A stretch of 64,000 nt of DNA, from positions 993 through 64,992 of the forward strand of contig DAIUAM010000016.1 in the NCBI GenBank assembly GCA_036847185.1, given 5' to 3'. The notes under the pieces were generated by a model. It was not told the DNA's origin, did no database searches, and saw nothing but the letters and a program-made list of their open reading frames with translations. A program made the translations under genes and the position numbers. Source of the DNA: Actinomycetota bacterium. Its GTDB lineage: Bacteria; Actinomycetota; UBA4738. Positions 40,470 to 55,349 of the stretch are shown here, one piece after another (position 1 is the first letter of the stretch; each line of letters begins with the position of its first letter).

Positions 40470-41051
40470 ATGGCAGAGACCGACGGATTCGACGAGCCGG
40501 GAGGACGCCGCCCCGCGCCGGGCTCGCTCCGGTTGGTCCAGCTCTTCCTCAACTCCCACGACATCCTTCCTGGGATCGACACGATCACCACACCCGAGGA
40601 GCTGAAGGCCTGGCTCCGCCGGCGGGACCTCGTCTCGTCCTCGGTGCGGGTCCGGTCCGATGACCTCCGCCGCGCGCTCGCCGTTCGCGAGGCGCTCCGC
40701 GGCCTGGCGGTGCGCAACGGCGGCGAGGTGCCGGACGGCGACCCCGTGGCGGCGCTCAACCGGGTCGCCCGTCGGGCATCGCTCCGGGTGACCTTCTCGC
40801 CGGACGGCCACGCGACGCTGGAGCCGTCGCGGCGCGATGTCGACGGCGCGCTGGCCGTGATCCTCGCGGGGGTGGCCCTGTCCATGGTCGAGGGCACGTG
40901 GCATCGGCTGAAGGCGTGCCGGAACTGCCGGTGGGCCTTCTACGACCACTCGAAGAACCGCTCGGGGGCATGGTGCACCATGTCGGTGTGTGGGAACCGG
41001 AGCAAGGCCCTGGCGTTCCGTTCGCGCCACCGGGCCGAAGCTGTCCGGTAG
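40470..41051 (+). CDS. CGNR zinc-finger (ABATE-domain) protein
   Basis: C-terminal CRNCRWAFYDHSKNRSGAWCTMSVCGNRSKA matches the CGNR zinc-finger signature. Confidence 0.75.
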   Translation: MAETDGFDEPGGRRPAPGSLRLVQLFLNSHDILPGIDTITTPEELKAWLRRRDLVSSSVRVRSDDLRRALAVREALRGLAVRNGGEVPDGDPVAALNRVARRASLRVTFSPDGHATLEPSRRDVDGALAVILAGVALSMVEGTWHRLKACRNCRWAFYDHSKNRSGAWCTMSVCGNRSKALAFRSRHRAEAVR

Positions 41052-41076
41052 GGGCACCGGGCCGGTTCAGAAAACG

Positions 41077-42219
41077 CTAGAGGATCTCGCGCAGCGCTTC
41101 GAACAGCCGCTCGATGTCGGCGTCGTTGCTGAAGAAGTGCGGCGACACGCGGATCCCGTCGCCCCGGAAGTCGGTGCACACGTTCCGGTCGAGGAGCGCG
41201 TGACAGACCTTCTCCGCCTCGTCGCCCACCCCGATGTTCACCACGCCGCCGCGTGCGTTCCGGTCCCGGGGCGAGCGGACGGGCAGCCCGGCCTCGTCGG
41301 CCTGGGCGATCACGTGGTCGATCAGGTCCTGTTGGTGTTCGCGGGTGTTCTGCGGGCCGACCTCGGCGATGATGTCGAGCCCGCCCTGGGCGACGAACGC
41401 CACCGGCGCCGCCGGCGTCCCGTGCTCCAGCCGCCGGGCCGACGGATGGTAATCGAGGTGCTGCAGGTCGAACGAGAACGGCTCCTTCGTGGCGAACCAT
41501 CCGGTGACCAGCGGCTCGAGCGAGGACAGCAGGTCCCGGCGGGCGTACAGGAACGTGAGGCCCGGCCCCCCACACAGCCACTTGAGGACGCCCGCGGTGT
41601 AGAAGTCGCAGCCGAGATCGTGGACGTCGACGGGCAGGATGCCGGCACCGTGGAAGTCGTCGACGACGGACCAGGCCCCGGCGTCGCGGGCCATCCGGCA
41701 GACCTCCTTCGCGTCGATCAGCGCGCTGGTTCGGTACAGGACGCGGTTCGTCACCACCAGGGCCGTGTCCTCGTCGATCGCGTCGCGGTAGGCCTCCATC
41801 GGGACGGTCAATCCGTCGGACTTCAGGAAGACCGGTTCGGCCCCCAGGCGCCGGTAGGCCAGGGCGACGTGCCCGTCCGTGGGGAAGTCCAGCTCGGAGA
41901 GGATGACCTTCTTCCGCTTCGAGAAGTCCACGCACGAGAAGATCGCCCCGAGGGCCAGCGAGACGTTGACGGTGATGGCGAGCTCGTCCGCGTCAGCGCC
42001 GACCAGACGGCCGAACGTCTCCTTCACCGACCGCATGCGGGGGAAGATGTCCTCGACCCACACCAGGTCGGGCGCGCCCTTCGTGGCCCATGCGTCCATG
42101 TACTCCTGGAGGTAGTCCTGGGAGCGGTTCGACACGGGTCCGAGGGAGGCGCTGATCAGGTAGGCCTTGCGGTTCACGACCGGGAACTCGTCGCGGTAGG
42201 ACTCGAAGCTTCGGCTCAC
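41077..42219 (-). CDS. class V aminotransferase-fold PLP-dependent enzyme (kynureninase/cysteine-desulfurase-like)
   Basis: Overall fold type I/class V pattern. Family-level call only. Confidence 0.6.
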   Translation of the reverse strand: MSRSFESYRDEFPVVNRKAYLISASLGPVSNRSQDYLQEYMDAWATKGAPDLVWVEDIFPRMRSVKETFGRLVGADADELAITVNVSLALGAIFSCVDFSKRKKVILSELDFPTDGHVALAYRRLGAEPVFLKSDGLTVPMEAYRDAIDEDTALVVTNRVLYRTSALIDAKEVCRMARDAGAWSVVDDFHGAGILPVDVHDLGCDFYTAGVLKWLCGGPGLTFLYARRDLLSSLEPLVTGWFATKEPFSFDLQHLDYHPSARRLEHGTPAAPVAFVAQGGLDIIAEVGPQNTREHQQDLIDHVIAQADEAGLPVRSPRDRNARGGVVNIGVGDEAEKVCHALLDRNVCTDFRGDGIRVSPHFFSNDADIERLFEALREIL

Positions 42220-42223
42220 CGGT

Positions 42224-42517
42224 TCACCCCCGGCCGTGCCTGCGGAGGTAGTCGATGTACAGGGGACGGAGCGCGTCGGCCAGCGGGCCCTCGTCGGCGT
42301 GGTCCAGGTCGGACAGCAGCGGGACGAGGTCGCCCACCCCCACGTCGGCTTCCGACTTCTGGAGCTCGCCCGCCGCCGCCTCGGCGACGGGGATGGCCTT
42401 GATCAGCCGCCACAGGAAGACCACGTCCAGCCGGTGCTCGGCCAGGCGGACCGCCCGGTCGTGGAGCTCCTTGGACGACAGGGAATCGAGGGCCGTGTCC
42501 TGTCCTTCCTCCGTCAC
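42224..42517 (-). CDS. small acidic hypothetical protein (97 aa, no Cys), co-oriented 5 nt upstream of the aminotransferase
   Basis: ORF with coupled spacing to the downstream gene. No recognisable motifs. Confidence 0.4.
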   Translation of the reverse strand: MTEEGQDTALDSLSSKELHDRAVRLAEHRLDVVFLWRLIKAIPVAEAAAGELQKSEADVGVGDLVPLLSDLDHADEGPLADALRPLYIDYLRRHGRG

Positions 42518-42618
42518 GGCAGGAGCCTACCCGTCGGGTGGGCGCGACGGCAAAGGCGCGGTCCCCCACCCAGCGGGGCCGGGAATTTCGACTGGACGGC
42601 CCTCGTTAGAATGCCCGC

Positions 42619-45516
<2,898 letters not shown>

Positions 45517-45517
45517 A

Positions 45518-47146
45518 ATGAGCGCCGCCGTGGTCCAGACCCGATCGATCCTCGCGAGGCACTGGCGGGCGTTCGCCGCCCTGGTTGCGGCCACCATCGC
45601 CGGTGCCGCCTGCGCGCCGGGCGGGAGCCCGCCCAGCTTCCCGGTGGTCGCCGCCACCGGCCTTCGCGTCCAGGTCGTCGATTCGCTGTACGACGCAGGC
45701 CGCTCCCCGTCGGTCGCGTTGGACAAGAACGGCAACCCGGAGGTCGCCTACCTCCTGTACCAGCCGGTCCTGAAGAAGGGGGATCTGCCCCCGCCGATCG
45801 TGGGCGGCGCGCCGCAACCCCCGTCCGTGATGCAAGCGGCGTATTCCGGCGGGACCTGGACCCGGGTGCCCGCCAGCGGCGGCGTCTCGCTCGGGCAGTC
45901 GGAGGCCGGCAAGGCGACGGCGATCGCGAACAAGGACGGCCAGGCCATCCCGGGGGTCAACGACGCCATGACCCTGGACGCGGCCGGAAAGCACCACATC
46001 GTGTGGGCCACCCCGTCCGGGCTCTTCTACACCGACGACTCCAACGGGACCTACGGGAGCCCGACGAAGATCAGCTCCGCACAGACGTTCGGGGCGTCCA
46101 TCGCGGTGGCCCCCGACGGTACTTCGTGGATCGCCTACTACGAAGGGTCGACCGTCAAGGTGGCAAGCGGCTCGGGCAGCACGTTCACGGAAGAGCAGGT
46201 CGCCACGACCAGCGGCGCGCCGGGAGCCACCGCGGGCGTGACGGCCATCGGAGCAGGGTCGAGCGGCCCGCAGGTCGCGTACGGCGACAACGGCACGACG
46301 GTGGTTGCCTCGAAGGTCGGGAACGCCTGGACGCCGACGCCGATCACGGGACCCGGCGGCTACGGTCTGTCGATGGCCCTCGACAAGAGCGGGAATCCGA
46401 ACCTCGCTTACTACGACCAGTCCGGCAACGTCTACGAGGTCGGATTGAACGGGGGAGGCCAGACGAAGCTGGCCACCGTGGAGCCGGCGAAGGGTACGAC
46501 GGGCCCTTCGGCGGGCTGGTCGACCGGGATCGCGGTCGATGGCTCCGGGGTCGACTACGTCGCCTGGTCCGACATCGGGCGAGGACTGGTCTACGTGGCG
46601 ACGAACGGGAGCGGCTCGTTCCAGACCCACCCCGTCCAGGGGAGCTTCGGCGGCCTCAACCCCTCGATCGCGGTCTCGGCCGACGCGCAGCACCTGGCGG
46701 TGGCGTGGTACGACGGGCCGGACGGCGACCTCGACATCGCGACGCCGCCGGCCGGCAGCCTCGCCCTGGCCTTCTCGCCCGCCCCCGTGGTCCTGCCGTC
46801 GGCGGGCCCGACCGCCCCACAGTGCTCGCCCGGCAGCTCGACCGACCTCTCCATCGCCGCCCCGGTCGGCGCCGCCGCCAAGGGATTCGACACGACCTGC
46901 CTCGCGGTCGCGGCCGGGAAGACGTTCACGGTGACCTTCGCGAACGACGACACCGGCGTGCCGCACGACTGGGCGCTCTTCGCGAACTCCGCCGCCACGA
47001 GCCCGATCGGCGGGGCCACCAGCCCGACCCCGGTCAGTCCGGGCAGCTCGCAGAAATACTCGCTGACGGCCCTGAAGGCAGGCACGTACTTCTACCACTG
47101 CGACTTCCACCAGACCACGATGACCGGCACGCTCGTCGTGAAGTAA
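45518..47146 (+). CDS. lipoprotein with 7-bladed-propeller-like domain and C-terminal type-1-copper cupredoxin domain
   Basis: Lipobox-like IAGAAC. Seven ~40-aa repeats ([DG].G.P.[VL]A[YW]...G..Y). C-terminal GVPHDW...YFYHCDFHQTTMTG carries H, C, H, M type 1 Cu ligands. Starts 1 nt after the uvrA stop. Confidence 0.7.
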   Translation: MSAAVVQTRSILARHWRAFAALVAATIAGAACAPGGSPPSFPVVAATGLRVQVVDSLYDAGRSPSVALDKNGNPEVAYLLYQPVLKKGDLPPPIVGGAPQPPSVMQAAYSGGTWTRVPASGGVSLGQSEAGKATAIANKDGQAIPGVNDAMTLDAAGKHHIVWATPSGLFYTDDSNGTYGSPTKISSAQTFGASIAVAPDGTSWIAYYEGSTVKVASGSGSTFTEEQVATTSGAPGATAGVTAIGAGSSGPQVAYGDNGTTVVASKVGNAWTPTPITGPGGYGLSMALDKSGNPNLAYYDQSGNVYEVGLNGGGQTKLATVEPAKGTTGPSAGWSTGIAVDGSGVDYVAWSDIGRGLVYVATNGSGSFQTHPVQGSFGGLNPSIAVSADAQHLAVAWYDGPDGDLDIATPPAGSLALAFSPAPVVLPSAGPTAPQCSPGSSTDLSIAAPVGAAAKGFDTTCLAVAAGKTFTVTFANDDTGVPHDWALFANSAATSPIGGATSPTPVSPGSSQKYSLTALKAGTYFYHCDFHQTTMTGTLVVK

Positions 47147-47164
47147 CCGGCTCGCGGGCCGCTC

Positions 47165-47641
47165 CTACCCTCGCGTCCCTACCGGATTCCGCCCCGGCCC
47201 GGCCGGGCCGGCAAGCTGCGTGAGGTCCCGCCCCGAGACGAGCGCCTCCGCAACGGTCGCCGTGTCCAACGACGACCGAAGGGCCTGGGCCGCCTCGAAC
47301 CAGGCCGGATGCACCGGGCACGGATCGTCGGGACGGCAGGTGGTGCCGCGCAGGGTGCATCGCTGGGGGAGAAGGGCCCCCTCAGAGGCTTCCACGACCT
47401 CGAGCAAGGTGATCTCCGACGGTGGGCGGGCCAGGCGGTATCCCCCCTCCCGCCCCGCTCGCGCTTCGACCAGGCCGGCTCGAACCGTGTCCCCGAGGAC
47501 CTGTGGCGTGTAGCTCACGGGGATGGACATCGAGCCCGAGATCTCCCGGATCTTGCGGTACGAACCGTCCCCCCAGGCCTCCCCCAGGTAGAGGATCGCC
47601 CGCACCGCGTAGTCCGCACGTCTCGAAAGTTGCAGGTCCAT
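47165..47641 (-). CDS. Rrf2-family transcriptional regulator (NsrR/IscR-like, Cys-x6-Cys-x5-Cys-x2-His cluster ligands)
   Basis: N-terminal wHTH (LSRRADYAVRAILYL). CTLRGTTCRPDDPCPVH cluster-binding motif. Divergent from nirK. Confidence 0.8.
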   Translation of the reverse strand: MDLQLSRRADYAVRAILYLGEAWGDGSYRKIREISGSMSIPVSYTPQVLGDTVRAGLVEARAGREGGYRLARPPSEITLLEVVEASEGALLPQRCTLRGTTCRPDDPCPVHPAWFEAAQALRSSLDTATVAEALVSGRDLTQLAGPAGPGRNPVGTRG

Positions 47642-47677
47642 CGGCCCGATCATACCCCTCGTTCAGTCTCTAGCCTA

Positions 47678-47700
47678 ACGTGTAGGAGTAAGCTACACGT
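47678..47700. promoter_or_regulatory. perfect inverted repeat ACGTGTAG-N7-CTACACGT in the rrf2/nirK divergent intergenic region (candidate Rrf2 operator)
   Basis: Read directly from the sequence. ~40 bp upstream of both the nirK ATG (47741) and the rrf2 start (47641). Confidence 0.5.
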
Positions 47701-47740
47701 GTTGGAGTCGAGGAGCACGCGGTCGGAAAGAGAGGTCCGG

Positions 47741-49222
47741 ATGGATGCGAACAGGAGCGAACGAGGCAACGCTGGGATCGCGGTCCTTGTGGTGCTGTCC
47801 CTGACGGCCCTGGGGGTCGGGACGGCCGGCGTGGTCCGCGGCGGGGCGCGGTCCTCGCGAGCGGTCCAGGCTGCTTCCGTGCCCTACCTGATGGCGGGGA
47901 GCGGCACCGGCCACGTGGTGAGCGTCGACCTGACGGCGAACGACACGACCATCCAGGAGATCGCTCCCGGCGTGAAGTTCAACGCCTGGACCTTCAACGG
48001 CACCGCACCGGGTCCCGTGATCCGCGTCCAGCAGGGCGACACCGTGCAGTTCACCCTCCACAACGCGTCGAAGAACATGTCCCATTCGATCGACTTCCAC
48101 GCCGCGCAGACGCCGTGGGACGTGAACTATCAGGCGGTGGCGCCTGGCAAGGTCTTCACCTTCAGTTGGGTGGCTCGGTTCCCGGGCGTGTTCATGTACC
48201 ACTGCGGGACCCCGCCGGTCATCCAGCACATCTCGAACGGGATGTACGGCGCGATCGTCGTCGAGCCCGCCCACACGCTCGCCCCGGCCCGCGAATACGT
48301 CTTGGTGCAGAGCGAGTTCTACCCTTCGGCCCAGCCGACGGGCGGCGTTTACTACGGCGACTACAACGCGATGCTGGCCAACCAGCCCCAGTACATCGTG
48401 TTCAACGGAGAGGCCAACCAGTTCAAGGACCACCCCTTGGTCGCCAGGCCGGGGGAGCTGATCCGGCTCTGGGTGGTGGACGCCGGCCCCAGCCACTGGT
48501 CGGCCTTCCACGTGATCGGCGCGCTGTTCGACAGCGCGTACGCGAGCGGGAACCCGGCGAACGCCGTGCACGGCGTGCAGACCGTAACCATCGCTCCCGG
48601 TGACGGGTGGATGATGGAGCTCCGGATCCCCGACGCCGGGCTGTATCCGTTCGTCACGCACTCCTTCGCCGATGCGGGGAGGGGGGCGCTGGGGATCATC
48701 AAGGTGGACCCGAAGGCGCCTGCGGCTCCGAAGTCGTACCCGACGATGGGCGACCCGATGACGGCCGGGGTGACGGCTGATACCGCGACCGGGACCACCG
48801 GCCCGAGCACCGGCGGCACCGGGATGGCCGGTATGCCCATGCCTTCGCCGGCGGCCGGCGGGACGTCTTCGCCTCCCGGTGCGGCCTCGTGCATGCCGAT
48901 GGGAACGAAGCTCGAGATCACCGCACCGGCCGGGGCGAGCACGTCGGGGTTCGACAAGACGTGCCTGGCCGCCCCCGCCGGGTTGACGTTCACCGTGACC
49001 TTCAAGAACCTGGACACGGGCATCCCGCACAACTTCGCGATCTACTCGGACTCGAACGCCACCACGTGGCTGGGCGGGGCGGAGAGCGCGGCGAAGATCG
49101 TGATGGGACCGGGGAGCGTCACCTACACGATCAAAGGGCTGCCTGCCGGCCAGTACTTCTTCCGGTGCGACATCCACCCCCAGACCATGAAGGGCGTGTT
49201 CATAGTCGCGGGCGGCCACTGA
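47741..49222 (+). CDS. nirK: copper-containing nitrite reductase (NirK) with Met-rich linker and extra C-terminal cupredoxin domain
   Basis: Signal/TM N-terminus. HNASKNMSHSIDFHAA (T1/T2 Cu His). MYHCGTPPVIQHISNGMYG (His-Cys...His...Met spacing identical to NirK). A MxxM-rich linker follows, then a second cupredoxin (GIPHNF...YFFRCDIHPQTMKG). Good SD (AAGAGAGG). Confidence 0.85.
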   Translation: MDANRSERGNAGIAVLVVLSLTALGVGTAGVVRGGARSSRAVQAASVPYLMAGSGTGHVVSVDLTANDTTIQEIAPGVKFNAWTFNGTAPGPVIRVQQGDTVQFTLHNASKNMSHSIDFHAAQTPWDVNYQAVAPGKVFTFSWVARFPGVFMYHCGTPPVIQHISNGMYGAIVVEPAHTLAPAREYVLVQSEFYPSAQPTGGVYYGDYNAMLANQPQYIVFNGEANQFKDHPLVARPGELIRLWVVDAGPSHWSAFHVIGALFDSAYASGNPANAVHGVQTVTIAPGDGWMMELRIPDAGLYPFVTHSFADAGRGALGIIKVDPKAPAAPKSYPTMGDPMTAGVTADTATGTTGPSTGGTGMAGMPMPSPAAGGTSSPPGAASCMPMGTKLEITAPAGASTSGFDKTCLAAPAGLTFTVTFKNLDTGIPHNFAIYSDSNATTWLGGAESAAKIVMGPGSVTYTIKGLPAGQYFFRCDIHPQTMKGVFIVAGGH

Positions 49223-49318
49223 CCGGACGGCACGCGGGCGGGGAGGGTTTGCGGAAAGACAGAACCTCCCCGTCCGCTTGCGGGGTGGGGCCCCGGCTCG
49301 CTCCTACAATGGTCTAGC

Positions 49319-51226
49319 GTGAGCGTCCGACGGCCGGAACCGTCCTCCATCCCCGACGAGCCGGGCGCGTACCTCTTCCGGGACTCCGACGGTCGCGTCG
49401 TCTACGTGGGGAAGGCGATCTCCCTCCGCAAACGGCTCGCTTCGTACTGGAGCCGCCCGCTGCATCCGCGCACCGAGGCGATGGTCGAGCACGCCGTCAC
49501 GGTCGACTGGATCCTGGCGAAGAACGAGGTCGACGCGCTGATGCTCGAGTACAACCTCATCAAGTCGCACCGGCCACGGTTCAACATCCGCTACCGCGAC
49601 GACAAGTCGTACCCGTACCTCGCGCTGACCGTGGGGGAGCGTTGGCCCCGGGCCAGGGTGATGCGGGGACCCAAGCGCAAAGGGGTCCGGTACTTCGGGC
49701 CGTACGGCCACGCCTACGCGATCCGGGAGACCCTCGACGCGCTGACCCGGGTCTTTCCTGTTCGAACGTGCAGCGACGGGTTCTTCGACCAGCGGGCCCG
49801 GGCGGGACGGCCATGCCTCTACTACGACATCGGGCGATGCGCCGGCCCGTGCGTGCCGGCATCGACCGGGGTCACCGAGGCGAGCTACCGCGAACAGGTC
49901 GACGCGCTGTCCGACTTCCTGGCCGGGCGACACAAGCCGATCCTGTCTCGCCTCGACGTGGAGATGCGGGGCGCCGCCGAGTCGCTCGAGTTCGAACGCG
50001 CCGCCAAGCTCCGGGACCAGCTCGCCGCCGCCCGCAAGGCGATCGAGAGCCAGGAGATGGTGCTCTCCCGCCGGGAGGACCTCGACGTCATCGGGATCGA
50101 AGAGGACGACCTCGAAGCCGCGTTGCAGGTGTTCTTCGTCCGGGGCGGCCGGGTGATGGGCCGGCGCGGGTGGGTGGTCGACAAGGTGGAGGACATCCAG
50201 CTCCCTGGGCTGATCTCGTCGTTCGTGCGCGAGCTGTACATGGAGCGCGAAGAGGTCCCCCGGCGCGTGCTGGTGCCGGTCCTTCCCGAGGAGCAGGAGC
50301 TGCTCGAGGAGTGGCTGTCCCGGGTCCGGGGCTCCCGCGTTCAGATCTCCGTCCCGGCCCGTGGCGACGGCCGCCGCCTGCTCCAGACGGTCACCCAGAA
50401 CGCGAAGGAAGCCTTCGTCCGCCACAAGCTGAAGCGGTCGTCGGACTTCGCTGCGCGGTCACGGGCGCTGCAGGAGCTGGGCGACGCTCTCGGCCTGCCG
50501 AACGGCCCGCTGCGCATCGAGTGCTACGACATCTCCAACCTCGGCCCGACGGACAAGGTCGCCTCGATGGTCGTGTTCGAGGACGGCCTGCCGAAGCGCA
50601 GCGATTACCGAAAGTTCGCCATCAAGAGCGTGCCGGGACAAGACGACTTTGCAAGCATGGAGGAAGTGCTCCGACGACGCCTGGCCCGCCTGCGCAGCGA
50701 AGGGGAACCGGCCGGCCCGGCCGGCCCAGAAGAAGAGACGCCCCGGCGGCGGCGGCGGTTCGCGTACTTCCCGTCGCTCATCGTGGTGGACGGAGGACGC
50801 GGGCAGCTCTCGGTGGCCGAACGGGTGCTGGCCGACTTCGGGCTCGCCATCCCTGTGGTCGGGCTCGCCAAGCGGCTGGAGGAGGTCTACCTCCCCGGCC
50901 AACCCCAACCCCTGCAGATCCCTCGCGGGTCGGAGGCGCTGTTCGTGCTCCAGCACATCCGGGACGAGGCGCACCGGTTCGCCATCACCTTCCACCGGCA
51001 GAAGCGGCAGAAACGCGCGCTCAGGTCCGTCCTGGACGATATCCCCGGCGTGGGCCCGTCGCGGAAGAAGGCCCTGCTCCGGCGATTCGGGTCGGTGGCG
51101 CGGCTGCGGACCGCCTCGTCAGAGGAGATCGACGGCACCCCGGGGGTGGGCCGATCCCTGGCCGGGGTGATCCATGAGCACCTCCATCGCGTAGAAGCAG
51201 TGACGGACGTACGGAGGGTGGGATGA
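49319..51226 (+). CDS. uvrC: excinuclease ABC subunit C
   Basis: GIY-YIG N-terminus (PGAYLFRDSDGRVVYVGKA), UvrBC-interaction region and a C-terminal HhH. Confidence 0.93.
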   Translation: MSVRRPEPSSIPDEPGAYLFRDSDGRVVYVGKAISLRKRLASYWSRPLHPRTEAMVEHAVTVDWILAKNEVDALMLEYNLIKSHRPRFNIRYRDDKSYPYLALTVGERWPRARVMRGPKRKGVRYFGPYGHAYAIRETLDALTRVFPVRTCSDGFFDQRARAGRPCLYYDIGRCAGPCVPASTGVTEASYREQVDALSDFLAGRHKPILSRLDVEMRGAAESLEFERAAKLRDQLAAARKAIESQEMVLSRREDLDVIGIEEDDLEAALQVFFVRGGRVMGRRGWVVDKVEDIQLPGLISSFVRELYMEREEVPRRVLVPVLPEEQELLEEWLSRVRGSRVQISVPARGDGRRLLQTVTQNAKEAFVRHKLKRSSDFAARSRALQELGDALGLPNGPLRIECYDISNLGPTDKVASMVVFEDGLPKRSDYRKFAIKSVPGQDDFASMEEVLRRRLARLRSEGEPAGPAGPEEETPRRRRRFAYFPSLIVVDGGRGQLSVAERVLADFGLAIPVVGLAKRLEEVYLPGQPQPLQIPRGSEALFVLQHIRDEAHRFAITFHRQKRQKRALRSVLDDIPGVGPSRKKALLRRFGSVARLRTASSEEIDGTPGVGRSLAGVIHEHLHRVEAVTDVRRVG

Positions 51227-54558
<3,332 letters not shown>

Positions 54559-54559
54559 C

Positions 54560-55336
54560 GTGGCGGAACCGGAGCGGCGGCCGATCATCGCGGCCAACTG
54601 GAAGATGCACAAGACCCACCTGGAGGCCATCCAGGCCGTGCAGAAGCTGTCCTACCTCCTGGACAGGAAGGACGGCGAACAGGTCGAGGTGGTGATCTGC
54701 CCACCGTTCACTGCCCTGCGGAGCGTGCAGGTGCTGATCGAGAGCGACCGCCTCCCGTACGGGCTGGGCGCGCAGGACGTCCATTGGGAGGAGAAGGGCG
54801 CCTTCACCGGCGAGGTCTCGGCCGGGATGCTTTCGGCCTTGAGGTGCGAGTACGTGATCGTGGGGCACTCGGAGCGCCGGCAGCACTTCGGCGACACCGA
54901 CCAGACGGTGGCGAAGAAGGTCCGGGCCGTGTACGGCGAGGGGATGACACCGATCCTGTGCGTGGGGGAGACCCTCGAGGAGCGGGACGCCGGCCGGACG
55001 GACGACAAGGTCACCGGGCAGGTCACCGCCGCCCTGAGCGGGCTGGACGCCGCGCAGGTGGCCGGGCTGGTCATCGCCTACGAGCCGATCTGGGCCATCG
55101 GGACCGGCCGGAACGCCGAACCGAACGACGCCGGAGCGGTGGTCTCCCTGATCCGTTCGACGGTGGGCGAGGCGTTCGGCCCCGACGCCGCCCAGGCCCT
55201 TCGGGTGCAGTACGGCGGCAGCGTGAAGCCGGGCAACATCCGGGACTTCATGGCGCACCCGCAGATCGACGGCGCGCTGGTGGGCGGGGCGAGCCTGGAC
55301 CCGGAGGAGTTCGCCCTCATCGTGAGGTACCGATGA
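54560..55336 (+). CDS. tpiA: triosephosphate isomerase
   Basis: IAANWKMH, VGHSERR, AYEPIWAIGTG. Confidence 0.95.
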   Translation: MAEPERRPIIAANWKMHKTHLEAIQAVQKLSYLLDRKDGEQVEVVICPPFTALRSVQVLIESDRLPYGLGAQDVHWEEKGAFTGEVSAGMLSALRCEYVIVGHSERRQHFGDTDQTVAKKVRAVYGEGMTPILCVGETLEERDAGRTDDKVTGQVTAALSGLDAAQVAGLVIAYEPIWAIGTGRNAEPNDAGAVVSLIRSTVGEAFGPDAAQALRVQYGGSVKPGNIRDFMAHPQIDGALVGGASLDPEEFALIVRYR

Positions 55337-55349
55337 TGGGAGCGGCGCG

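Noticed and set aside
45518-47146. Possibility that the propeller+cupredoxin lipoprotein is a nitrous-oxide reductase (NosZ), which has the same domain order.
   Set aside because: The cupredoxin has a single Cys (type 1 site: H, C, H, M) rather than the two-Cys CuA motif. The propeller part is ~380 aa with very few His, so it is incompatible with a CuZ centre.
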